The position numbers and the translations under genes were made by a program. Under the pieces are notes generated by a model. That model ran no database searches and was not told the origin of the DNA. It saw nothing but the letters and a program-made list of their open reading frames with translations. A stretch of DNA of 64,000 nt from Octopus vulgaris. Taxonomy: Eukaryota. Location of the stretch: contig OX597820.1 of the NCBI GenBank assembly GCA_951406725.2, positions 98,642,001 through 98,706,000 on the forward strand. The letters are read 5' to 3'. Shown one piece after another: positions 38,658-51,770 of the stretch. Numbering within the stretch: position 1 is the stretch's first letter; the number at the start of each line of letters is the position of its first letter.

Positions 38658-38755
38658 CAAATATTCGAATTAGCAGCTAATTCTCCAAGGGTATGATTTG
38701 GAGGAGACTTAACGTTAAGTCAGTTAATGAAGTTACGATTATATTTCATTTATAA

Positions 38756-39075
38756 AGAAGAGCACTCAGAGAGCGTAAACCTCCGCCAACGCAACACCAA
38801 CGTCCCTTCAACGATTAGCCGGAGATGATCTTTAAAATGAGAATATCTCGTAATACTTCACGTAAACTAAATATAACAAATAATCCGGAATCCTTGTTCG
38901 ATGCCGGATCGATCCCAAAATCTAATCAGTTCGTGCCAGTCACGAGGCCAAACATCCATGAAAGTTTCATTCGAATTCATCCAGCGGTTCTTGAGATATC
39001 TTGTCCACGGACAGACAAACAAACAAACATGACTGAAAAAACTTTACCTCCACCTTCGGTAAGGCGAAGGTAAAA
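38756..39075. mobile_element. Helentron-associated non-autonomous element (HINE/DINE-1-like)
   Basis: aagagcactcagagagcg terminal hairpin, subterminal inverted acctccgcc / ggcgaaggt, (GACA/AACA)n core. Confidence 0.55.
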
Positions 39076-39298
39076 ATGTGGGATAGTCGTGGCTGGAATG
39101 TTGTTGATCATAGTTTTACAAGATCAGAATCGACATGGGAGTAAACGAATTCAGCAGTTTATCAGGGGTTCTACGTGGTTGCTCAATATGCGAGAAATGG
39201 CGACGATATCTCCCTCGAGTCATACTTTACCGTCTTTGAATACATCGAAGGACTCGTTGAAGGTCACATCGAATAATGTAGTCACTGTTATACAATAC

Positions 39299-39521
39299 CT
39301 ATTTCTTTATTACCCACAAGGGGCTAAACATAGAAGGGACAAACAAGGACAGACATGGGTATTAAGTCGATTACATCGACCCCAGTGCGTAACTGGTGCT
39401 TAATTTATCGACCCCGAAAGGATGAAAGGCAAAGTCGACCTCGGCGAAATTTGAACTCACAACGTAACAGCAGACGAAATACTGCAAAGCATTTCGCCCG
39501 GCGTGCTAACGCTTCTGCCAG
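39299..39521 (-). mobile_element. Family-A SINE
   Basis: Reverse complement of consensus. Confidence 0.87.
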
Positions 39522-39834
39522 TGCGCCAATACCAAGAAAAATACTCGATTTTCATGGTTGCAATACTATTGACCAGAGTGCACCACGTTCAGGGCTGACC
39601 TGGAGTTAAGCAACAATTGTCATCATTATATTTATATAATCGGATTGGATTTCCTGTGTTTAGTCCATTGCAGGATGAAGACCTCAGCATGTTCTCCCCA
39701 CCAGTCACGGTCTGAATTTGAGCTTGAGCTGATACTGGTTTGATGAGCCTGCTCTGTCACACTGGCTCACAATGCTTCGCAGAGCGGTGCATTTTTGAGA
39801 TGTCTGTGTGTTTTTGTCTTTCTTTCTGTGTGTC

Positions 39835-39908
<74 letters not shown>

Positions 39909-40060
39909 CGTGTATACAAGGTGAGTGAAAACTCTGTTTTAGAGTTGTTCCGAAATTGGGAGATACTTTTGACTCCTATATTCTATAGGATATCAAGAAG
40001 TATTAACAACATGATACATGATCTAGATTTAGAAACTATCAAAACTATCGCTAACAGCTA

Positions 40061-40460
40061 GGCACAGGAGTGGCTGTGTGGTAAGTAGCTTGCTTACCAA
40101 CCACATGGTTCCGGGTTCAGTCCCACTGCGTGGCACCATGAGCAAGTGTCTTCTACTATAGCCTCGAGCCGACCAAAGCCTTGTGAGTGGATTTGGTAGA
40201 CGGAAACTAAAAGAAGCTCGTCGTATATATATGTATGTGCGTGTGTGTTTGTGTGTCTGTGTTTGTACCCCTAGCATTGCTTGATAACCGATGCTGGTGT
40301 GTTTATGTCCCCGTCACTTTGCGGTTCGGCAAAAGAGACCGATAGAATAAGTACTGGGCTTACAAAGAATAAGTCCCGGGGTCGATTTGCTCGATTAAAG
40401 GTGGTGCTCAAGCATGGCCGCAGTCAAATGACTGAAACAAGTAAAAGAGAGTAAAGAGAG
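40061..40460 (+). mobile_element. Family-B SINE, complete
   Basis: Collinear with 14888-15307. Confidence 0.88.
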
Positions 40461-40544
40461 CATATCCTACAAAACATTCCACCTGACAATGCTAAGTCGT
40501 TGTTTTACAATAGATTAACATTGAAACAAGGGTTACATCTTTTA

Positions 40545-40969
<425 letters not shown>

Positions 40970-42124
40970 AATAAATTTAACGCATTTTACTATAAGTCTA
41001 ATGAATCGAGGCTGACTTGTGGTTAAACAGTAAGAATAACATGATCCAACGAATACGCTTCTATGTAGTCATTTCGCGTGTTAAAAATAGCAGCTAACTC
41101 TCCCTCAAAATACGCTATAGAGTTGTAAAAAAAAAGGGTGGGGACTGGTGCATTCGATAATGCAAGCCTATATGTCTTTAAATGGAGTGCAATACCTTTG
41201 GCACCACAGTTGACATGGAGTGGGTGAGGGCGGGGTTCAAAAAACAACAGCAACAACAAAAACATTTTATACAGTCTCGGTATCAGAGAGATTGGCAATG
41301 AGCGAATTTTTGAAAAAGAAAACAGATAAAGGACATCGTTAAGGATCAAATGAGGAAGCTTCCGGAAGTTATTGGAGATAGGATTCTGACGAACATGGTA
41401 AACAAACAAAAAAAAAAGGGAAAAGGAAGAAAAAAATAGAAGATACAACAGCGATAAGAGACCACTTCACCTCACCGAGGACCAAAATAAAATTAAATTC
41501 AACAAGTGAAGAAACAAGAGAAGACACCATATAGAAAACAAAAGAAAAAACAAGATTTTTTAAAGCCAGTTATCTAAATAGAATTTGTCGGGCAAATAAC
41601 TGAAATAACTAAACAATGACAGAAAACAGATGTCAGCTATATAGCCTTTTGCGTATCTCTCGTCTTTCTGTCTTACGCTCACACTATCATGACCTCTCTT
41701 GCTCTTTTATACTCTCTATCTTTGTCTGTCTCTGTCTCTCTCTGTCTCTCTTTCTCTCTTTCTCTGTGTTTCTCTTTCTCACTCTCTCTCTTTCTTTGTC
41801 TCCCTCTCCCTTTCTATTCTCAGCCAGTCTCTTACTCTCTTACATCGTGTAGCTCAATTTCTACGCTTATCGTTTACTTCATGTAGAAGAAATACATACA
41901 CACACACATACACACATACACACAAACACAAACACATATACACACACATACACACACACATACATACATACATACATGCATACATACATACATACATACA
42001 TACATACATACATACATACAAGCATACATACATACATACATACATACACACATATATGCGCATAGGCACACATTTATATGTATAAATAACCTTTTTATTT
42101 ATTTATATATTTATTTATTTGTAC

Positions 42125-42340
42125 AAGGCGGTGAGCTGGCAGAAACGTTAGCACGCTGGGCAAAATATTCTTAGCGGCATTTCCTTCGTCTTTAGGTTCT
42201 GAGTTCAAATTTCGCCGAGATCAACTTTGCCTTGCATCCCTTTTCAGGAACGATGAAATAATTACGTGTTGAGTACTGGAGACGATATAATCGAACGAAT
42301 CTTCTCCTAAAATTTCAGGAACGTGCCAATAGCAGAAATG
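42125..42340 (+). mobile_element. Family-A SINE (diverged)
   Basis: aaggcggtgagctggcagaaacgttagc head. Confidence 0.75.
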
Positions 42341-42736
42341 ATATTTATTTATACGCATACTACTTGCACATGAAAGAGGCGATTGTAAATATTTTTTATA
42401 AATTATTTACTCGCCATTACACGTGTTTCATATCCCAATAGGAGTTACAAATATGTACATGTAGAAAAAACATGTAAAACGCCTATTAGACAGAGTATCA
42501 TGAAGACACATCTTGGATTAAAACATTATATATAGTTCAAATTTACGGAAAACAAAAGACGTAGACAGGCGAAGGAACAACAAGCAGATGTATTAATTCG
42601 ACGCTCGGGGAGAATGGGAAAGTCTTTGACATTTCAAGCCTACGCTCTTCGACAGAAAAGATTGTGAGGTAAGAAAAGGGAGAAAGAACGTAAAAAAAAA
42701 ACGGAGAGAGAAAAAAATGTCTATGTATGTATGTAT

Positions 42737-42843
42737 TATTCTTTTATTCTTTTATTTGTTTCAGTCATTTGACTGCAGCCATGCTGGAGAACCACCTTTA
42801 GTCGAGCAAACATGCACACAAATATACACACGCGCGCACACAG

Positions 42844-42908
<65 letters not shown>

Positions 42909-43003
42909 TACAACGGGCTTCTTTCGGTTTCCGTCCAACAAATCCACTCACAAAGCTTTGGTCGGCCCGAGGCTATAGTAGAAGACACTCTCCCAAGGTG
43001 CCA
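42737..43003 (-). mobile_element. Family-B SINE, partial
   Basis: gtttcagtcatttgactgcagccatgctggag...ggtcggcccgaggctatagtagaagacac. Confidence 0.78.
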
Positions 43004-43419
43004 CTGCCGCAGTCTCTGGATATTTCATGAGGTTGATCATTTTGTGTGGCTTTCCGAGTTATATTTTTTAGGTCTTTTTCTAGCAATTGCAGGCGCCATT
43101 TTGCATACTTGTTTATGAACTTTGCCTATTTAGTTTTAATTGCTATAGCCACCTCTATTATAAAGTATTTAATATATCAATTTACTATCATAATATCACG
43201 TTGTATATATCTATATATATATATATATATATATAATTCATAAATGAGGGCAAAGGAAAAAATTTCTTTAGACATTTTTTTCTTTTTTCCTTTGCCCTCA
43301 TTTATGAATTCTTTATAAATTTAACCGTTAAAGGTATTTTTTACTATGCTGGCCATTGATAAAGTATTGAGAAATATTGAGAAAATATTTTTGGGAAAAG
43401 AATTTTATCCTCACATTTG

Positions 43420-43476
<57 letters not shown>

Positions 43477-43558
43477 TATATTTCTCTCTCTCTCTTTCTC
43501 TTACTCTCTCTCTCTCTCTCTCTCTCAGTATATATATGTATGTATATATATATATATG

Positions 43559-43590
<32 letters not shown>

Positions 43591-43610
43591 CATACATACA
43601 TACATACATA

Positions 43611-44448
43611 CAGGGTGCGATGAACAAACTGTCAACTAAATTACGCAAAAATGAAAATAACACTGATATCTCATTTTAACAGATATATTTACCAAAATTG
43701 CATAAAAAATCTTGAAATACTAAAGAGCAAATTTATATAAAATCGCCGCTTCAACCAAGGCCTCCAGACGACTTCAGAATCTCCTGCAACTCTTCTGGAA
43801 GGTCTCCTTGTTTAAGTTGGTGAATGCTGCCATAATCCTTGCCTTCAGTTCATCTTTCGTCTGCGTCCCACACATAATAATCAGCCTGAAGAGTTAGGCA
43901 GCCAGATGTTAGTGATGATGTGGTCGTAGAAATTGTCTGACAGCCATGACTGGGTTTTCATGCTTGTGTGGCATGATGCAGAGTCCTGTTACCAGACATA
44001 GGGTCTTCCAGAAGCCCTACTCTTCACTCAGGGCAGCACTACCTCCTCCAGGTACTTGATGTAGGCCTCCGTGCTGAGTGTGAGGCCATGCGGGAAGATG
44101 AATAGAGGCATAACGTCTCCATCACTAGTGATCACGCCAGAAACCATGATGTTAACTGGATGTTTGATTTTTATCCCTCTCGGTACATGACCTCAGATTG
44201 CGCTGTCCTCAGACTGATGCCCAAACACTCTGAAATATTCATATTGGAGCTATCGGCGTGAATGCCAAGTAGTACAGCAGGTCGTTTCCAAATTTCTTGC
44301 AGAATGAATTGCGTCATGGTGCTGTTTTTCTCACAGACGGTGTCCAACTGACGCAACCATACTGTGTAGTTGACAAAATCAAAAACAAATATTGCGTGCG
44401 TACGAAATTAAGAATATAAAACGGCGACAATTTACCCATCGCACCCCA
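43611..44448 (-). mobile_element. Degenerate, internally deleted Tc1/mariner-superfamily transposon (DD37D/maT-like)
   Basis: TIRs cagggtgcgatgaacaaactgtc / gacaatttacccatcgcacccc after TA; minus-strand translation HPVNIMVSGVITSDGDVMPLFIFPHGL...GRPYVW*QDSASCHTS...DYYVW. Confidence 0.82.
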
Positions 44449-44454
44449 TGTGTA

Positions 44455-44588
<134 letters not shown>

Positions 44589-44607
44589 CATACATACATA
44601 TATATAT

Positions 44608-44765
44608 TACGACGGACTTCTTTCAGTTTCCGACTACCAAATCCACTCACAAGGCTTTGGTCATCCCGAGGCTATAGTAGATGTTACTCGCCCAAGGTGC
44701 CACGCAGTGGACTGAACCCGGAATTATCTGGTTGAGAAGCAAGCTCCTTACCACACAGCCACTCT
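44608..44765 (-). mobile_element. Family-B SINE 5' half
   Basis: cttctttcagtttccg...cttaccacacagccactc. Confidence 0.78.
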
Positions 44766-44781
44766 TTTCTGTCTGTCTCTG

Positions 44782-44814
<33 letters not shown>

Positions 44815-44855
44815 GTCTATATATATTTATTTATATATGTATGTATATATGTATG

Positions 44856-44906
<51 letters not shown>

Positions 44907-44977
44907 TTTAGGGAATAAAAATTCCAGTATACCAGAGGTTCAAATTATTCTCAATGAAGAAATATATTTTAATTTAG

Positions 44978-45221
44978 AGATAGTAGACCCCTACATCTCA
45001 CCAAATGAAAAGAATTTTTATTTTTATTTTAAATACCTACTGTTTTATTCCTTGGCAACACGTGTTTAGGAACCCGAGGGTGTACCTCATGAAACACGGA
45101 GTGGTTTAGGAACCCGAGGATAGACCTCATGAAACATGTGTTGCCAAGGAATAAAACAGTAGGTATTTAAAATAAAAATAAAAATTCTTTATACTTGGTG
45201 AGATGTAGGGGTCTACTATCT
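44978..45221. repeat. Fold-back (about 90-bp inverted arms) with 40-bp tandem duplication at the loop
   Basis: agatagtagacccctacatctcaccaa / ttggtgagatgtaggggtctactatct; gtttaggaacccgagg at 45064 and 45104. Confidence 0.8.
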
Positions 45222-45303
45222 ATACATTAATATATATATATATATAATATATTTATATATATATATATATATATATAATATATTTATATATATATATATA
45301 ATA

Positions 45304-45355
<52 letters not shown>

Positions 45356-45397
45356 TTAGAGTGTTTTGGAATTTTCCTTCATACAGTTATAATATCT

Positions 45398-47258
45398 GAA
45401 GAGAAGATTTTTTTCTCAAAGATTGAGATAAGAACCTTTTTAGAAAGTCGAAAGGCACTAACCGTTGGGAAGAGATTTCACAAAATGTGTGTGGTCTTTG
45501 CTTTTATAGATGTGCAAGCGCTTTCAGTTCTTAACGTTTTCAAGCACGTGTTATACATAGTGAAAGTTGTTTTCCGTAAAATTGTGTTTGACTATATCCG
45601 GTTTAGTTTCGGACTCAGAAATCGTATAAAATATTCTTCTTTTGTCTTCCGGAGAAGGTCATTCTCTTTATTTATTTTATGAAGAGGGTAAATTTTCCTT
45701 GTACATCTAAGTACGGAATGTTTTATTTTTTGTCTGTGCACATTTACACGGTTGGTTAGTTTCCTTTTTTGTTTCCCCAATACAATGTTCGTTGCATCGT
45801 GAACATGTGATACAATATATCAGGTTTTTGCTTTTACAGTTCATATCTGCATTCACCTTTAATTCTTTTCCATTCTTGAATTTTTTGGCTTGTCCCTCTT
45901 CTATTAAATCACATGTCCCACATAGGAGATCTCTACATTTAATAATTTGCATCATTTCTTCCTCTGATGCAAATCTTGCTTCGGTTAGAAGATTCTTAAG
46001 ATTTGGTGTTTACTTTCGGCTGTTAATTATTTGTTGTTCCTTGATTATTTGTCAAAGACTGGTGTAGAATTTGTGGAAGGCATTTGACTGTTTGTAGAAT
46101 ACTGTGGTTCCTGCGATTGTGAGTGATAACAAATGGGATATTTTTATGTTCATTTTCCCGTTATTCCGCAGCGTGAGTGTTTTTTCTTCTTAGTGTAGAG
46201 ATTGGGATATTTTTAGCTTCAGTTATCGCTTGGTCTATTAGTTTGGTGGGGTAGTTTGGTTTGTTAAGGAAAAAGTTAAGTTCTGCAAGTCATCTTTCTC
46301 TTCTATTTCTCTCCGAAACTACCGTACATATTCGTCTTGCCATATTAAAGGGTATGTTCCTTTTTGTATGAGAAGGATGGCAAGATCTGAAGTCTAAATA
46401 TTGGTGCGTGTCTGTGTTTTTGTAATAGAGGTCAGTGGTTATAATCTCATTCACTCTACTTATTGAGATATCTAGGAAGGGGAGTTCCCTTTCTTTTATT
46501 TCCATAGTGAACTGGATTGATCCATGGACGCTGTTTATTATTTCAAAAATGTTTTTAAGGTTTTCCTTACTTCTGTTCCAGAATATAAATATCTTTTCCC
46601 ACTAGGTATGAGTGGAAGTTTTGGCTAAAAGAAATCTGAGATAAGCAGTAGATTTTTTTCTTCCAAATAATTCATTACAAGCGTGGCAAGTGTAGGTGCT
46701 ACCCTGGTACCCATCGATGTCCCATGTATTTGTAGGTATTGGTTGTCAAAAACGAAGTAGTTATTTTCTTGTACTAGCTATGGTCCTTCAAGTATTAACT
46801 TCTTGGAGAATCTTTCTTGGATTCCTTGGGGGTGTTTTGTATCCAGAACTCTACTGCTTCTTGCCCTTAGTTATGGGGGACATTGGTGTAGAGGCTGACT
46901 ACATCAAAGCTGACTAATATAGTTTGTTCATTCTTTTTGGAATGTGGTTTAGGAAATCCATATCATCTCTAATAAACCTAGGGACCAATTTACATAAAGG
47001 TTTTAGCACTGTGTCGAGCAATTTGCTCTGTCTGTGTGCTTAATTCTGGTCCTGCTACAATTGGTGTTAATTTAAAATCAGGTGGTCTGAGAATCTAATA
47101 CGTGCTTGAAAACGTTAAGGGCTGAAAGCGCTTGCACATCTATAAAAGCAAAACCCACACACATTTTGTGAAATCTCTTCCCAAAGGTTAGTGTCTTTCG
47201 ACTTTCTAAAAAGGTTCTTTTCTCAATCTTAACTCTTTGAGAAAAAAATCTTCTCTCC
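45398..47258 (-). mobile_element. Penelope-like element (RT + GIY-YIG pseudogene) with inverted pLTR
   Basis: Minus frames give GTSMGTRVAPTLA, LPFLDI...YYKNTDTHQYLDFRSCHPSHTKRNIP, CGTC...CKSKNLIYCITCSRCNEHCIGET, EEYFIRFLSPKLN*; 45398-45552 is inverted at 47097-47257. Confidence 0.92.
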
Positions 47259-47356
<98 letters not shown>

Positions 47357-47419
47357 ATTTCGCTTTTGGATTTGGTTTGCAAGATTCTGTATGTGAGTTC
47401 GCGAGTTGAAGTATATTCT

Positions 47420-47587
47420 GTTGTGTCTGGGGAGAGTCATTCTCTCTTAGTGCCTTATAACCTTTTCAATAGTTCTTAACTCTAGTTGCATAAATGCAGC
47501 GAAAAGTTTAGAAAAAGAAAGTGGTAATTTTACCGGCGAGTGTTAAATTATAAGCACTAAAAGAGAATGACTCTCACCAGACACAAC
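47420..47587. repeat. About 40-bp inverted repeat pair (fold-back fragment)
   Basis: gttgtgtctggggagagtcattctctcttagtgccttataa / ttataagcactaaaagagaatgactctcaccagacacaac. Confidence 0.7.
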
Positions 47588-47674
47588 AATATATATATAT
47601 ATATATGCATACATGCAGACAGTTGAGTAGATAGATAGTTGCGTATGTAAGTCATGGTGTGTGAATGTGTGTGT

Positions 47675-47717
<43 letters not shown>

Positions 47718-47828
47718 AATTCTTAAACGCATGCAAATAGATTAACATACACAAACATACATTTGTGGTAGATGTATGTGTTTGTATGCAAGCATGTATA
47801 TATGTATGCATGTATGTATGCATGTATG

Positions 47829-47859
<31 letters not shown>

Positions 47860-48221
47860 TAAGTATTTTAACATTGCCGTGAAGGTTGGCGCATATTCAC
47901 ATTCATATACACACATGCACGTATGCATACAAAAACAAGCAAACACTCACAATACATTCGTGGGGTTGCAGTTAAGAAGTAAAGTAGGGCACACCCCAAT
48001 TTTAGTACGTATGTACGCATTTCCTTGTTGTATGCAACCCTGTGCTTGTATGTGTCTATAAATGTGATTGTGTTTGTGTGGGTACAAATGTCAATGTCTT
48101 CTAGTTTTAGTTATGACTGAGAGGTTTTATCAATCTATGCTTGCTGTTTATGAATGTATGTATGTCTTCATTCATTCGTGCCCGCACAGAAATAGATAGA
48201 TAGGTAGATAGATAGATAGAC

Positions 48222-48324
<103 letters not shown>

Positions 48325-48353
48325 GAGATAGACAAACAGACAGACAGACAGAC

Positions 48354-48400
<47 letters not shown>

Positions 48401-48423
48401 AAGATAGATAGATAGACAGACAT

Positions 48424-48518
<95 letters not shown>

Positions 48519-48519
<1 letters not shown>

Positions 48520-48820
48520 GTTTCTTTATTGGCCACACAGGGCTGCACACAGATGGGACAAGTTACAAGGTAGAGCTTTTCTTTTGGGGGATGAAAAAAA
48601 CAAAAAACAAAAGAAACAAAAAAAAGGGGGGTGGCGTAGGTTTTCGATCAGCAGTTGTTCGACATAAGCCCACAGGTCGGAAATTGTTGGACACTGCACG
48701 AGTGCGTGCAGAACGGTTTCGTCGCTCTGACCGCATCTCGGGCAAGTCGGCCCCGTGTTTCTCGAGCCGTGTCTGTAGAGCTTATCCCGAACGGGTAGCG
48801 CTTCTCGGTAGCACTGCCAG
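48519..48820 (-). mobile_element. Second Tx1-family fragment in (GATA)n with internal deletion
   Basis: Same 3' end as 27969; the equivalent of about 28069-28658 is missing. Confidence 0.85.
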
Positions 48821-48841
48821 ATAGATAGATAATATAGATAA

Positions 48842-48917
<76 letters not shown>

Positions 48918-48926
48918 AAAAAATTT

Positions 48927-49319
48927 ACAGGAGTGGCTGTGTGGTAAGTAGCTTGCTTGCGCTTACCAACTACATGGTTCCGGGTTCAGTCCTATTGTGT
49001 CGCACCTTGGGGAAGTGTCTTCTACTATAGCTTCGGGCCGACCAAAGCCTTGTGACTGGATTTGATAGACGGGAACTAAAATAGTCCGTCCTATATATGT
49101 ATGTGTGTGTGTATGATTGTGTGTCTGTGTTTGTCCCACACATACACGCACACTTGTATGTTTACGTCAACGCAACTTAGCGGTTCGGCAAAAATCATAT
49201 AGAATAAGTACTAGGCTTACAAAGAATAACTCCTGGAGTTGATTTGCTCGACTAAAGGCGATGCTCCAGCATGGTTGCAGTCAAATGGTTGAAGCAAATA
49301 AAACAAATAAAACAATAAA
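48927..49319 (+). mobile_element. Family-B SINE
   Basis: Collinear with consensus. Confidence 0.85.
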
Positions 49320-49341
49320 ACTATATATATACAAATTTTTC

Positions 49342-49542
49342 TGAGGAGTTGCTGTAAGTTCCTGGCTTTGTGTAAAAAAATAAAGGAGCAGCAGTTAATT
49401 ATGATTTTAATCAACGTACCTCTATCTTAGATTCTCACACTTCTTGCACTGGTCCTTCAGTTTTTCTAAACTCTGTAAAAGAACTCGGAATGTTGGGCCT
49501 TCACGATACCCTTAAAGCCAGGAACTTTTCAGCACCCCGTCG
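49342..49542. mobile_element. Mariner-derived MITE
   Basis: TIRs gaggagttgctgtaagttcctggcttt / aaagccaggaacttttcagcaccccgtcg followed by TA. Confidence 0.65.
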
Positions 49543-51770
49543 TATATCTTTTTTTTCTTTTTGTTCTTTACACCCATTTTTCGAGTCGAAGTTTGCCGAG
49601 TTTAAGGTTTATCCAAACGATCCGTTTGAATAAAGATCGCAGCTGAGAAACTTTGATGTCCCTGTCAAGAAAATTATTTAAAATATCAATCTACTCTTAG
49701 TGTAGTGAATTTTTTATGTAGAAAACGTTATCTATTTTTATGCAAAAATACTTTCAACCATCTCGAAGCACATACATCTATAAATATCCATATACAAAGG
49801 GATATTTAAAGATGTATGTGCTCCGAGATGCATCGTTTTAAAAAATAATTGTTTCACATGTTCTCGAAGTTCCAGTTCTGACAAAGCTATGAGGTGAAAC
49901 ACAAGCACTCAGCTATGAGTGCATTGCCAGCACTACCAGATCCTCTTCAACCTCTTATGGATCTTCTGGAAGGCACTTTCATCCAGTCAAAAGATTTATT
50001 GAACAATATTAGACAAAACAACTCTGCATTTCAATTGACATCTTTTGGTGCATCTTAGGAGACAGTTCAACATGGATTTATGCCGACATTCAAAGTCCAA
50101 AGGCAAATCTATCACCTCAATGTTTCTTTGTTACCCAAAAATGAAGAACCAAAATTCCTCCAAATTTACTTAATGAGTGACAATAAACCCAAAGGAGGTG
50201 TCAAAACTTCAGAAATTTATATATAAACATTGTTCATCAATTGCAAAATATGCTACATTAAAACAATACCCTGGTTTAAGCCTTTAAAACAGTTATTGAA
50301 CAACTTCCAGGTGATTATCAAATTGTTAACCGCACTCACAAATGACCTCATGGTGAACACGTACGTCGTCTTAATGAGCCCACATCTAATGAAGTAGCCA
50401 TCCTTAATGCAGGTGATCCCTATAAAAATCGTGATATTCTCTTTTCAAGATCTGAGAATGGTTAATGATCAACTATGTTAAACTTATCATGAATCATGTC
50501 ACAGACAAGGACTGTTAGAAAATTATTCAAATTCTCGCATACAGCTGAGGAATTTATTTGCAATAATGCTTCACACATGTGACCTGTCCAATCCCAAACA
50601 ACTATAGGAGAATCACAAGCATGAACTAAGTGAGGATGTTCTCAATCGTGATCAAAGGGAAAAAACCAATCCTTGACCTTCAATTAAATGACAATAAGAC
50701 TTTGATACTGCTTGAGAATAAACTCCATCATTTGGGAGAGAAAGATTTAAATGAGTATGGATTGCCATCTACCAACAGACAAAAACAAAATTGGTGCCAT
50801 GATATTGTTCGAGAAACTTCCTACAATTTAGATGCTCTGGCACAGTTTGTCAAAGAAAAATGAGCCTAAGCTTCAACAATTGCAAGGGTGTGAATATAAT
50901 ACAACCATTGATGCAGTCAAACATGAAAGAGGTGGGGTTCTTTTTGGATGCTCCTGGTTGTACAGAAAAGACATTCCTAATGAATTTACTTCTTGCTACA
51001 GTCCGCCAGCAGAATCAAATTTCTTTAGCTGTTGCATCTTCTAGTATTGCAGCTACCATCCCCAATGGGGGAAGAAGTGCTCAATCCATGTTCAATCTCC
51101 CTCAAAGCCTTGCAATGAAAGATTCTCAAATGTGCAACATTTCCAACAACTCTGCAATGGCAACATTTTTCCAACAAACTTGCCTGGTTGTTTGGGATGA
51201 GTGCACTATGTCACATCGTAGACCTCTAGAGAGAATTGACCATACTCTCCAAGACATAAAATCAATAGCACGCTCATGGGAGGAGTAACAGTTCTTACAG
51301 GAGCCTTTCGTCAAACGTTGCCAGTTATATCCCCAAAGGATCAAACGCTGATGAGATCAATGCATGCTTTAAAACGTCGTGCTTTGGGGTCCTGTGAAAA
51401 AACTTCATCTTACAAATAACATGAAAGTATCTCTACAAGATGACTATACAGCTGGTGAATTCTCAGAGGAGCTTCTTAAGATTGGTAATGGAATATTAAC
51501 ATTCAATGCAAGACTTCAGCAACAGGAAATTACATGCGGTCAAATGGTACTTTCTCTTATGGATCTTATGGATAGTCTTTCCCAATTTATCTGTCAATTA
51601 CACTAACGTAAACTGGTTATGTGAAAGAGCAATATTGACTCCAACTCATGAAATAGTTGATAAACTCAATCATGAACGTCTTCAAAAGTTAACTGATACA
51701 TCAGAAATGACTGTTCGATCAAATGATACAACAGTTGATCAAGATCAGGCTTTTCAATGCCCTGTTGAAT

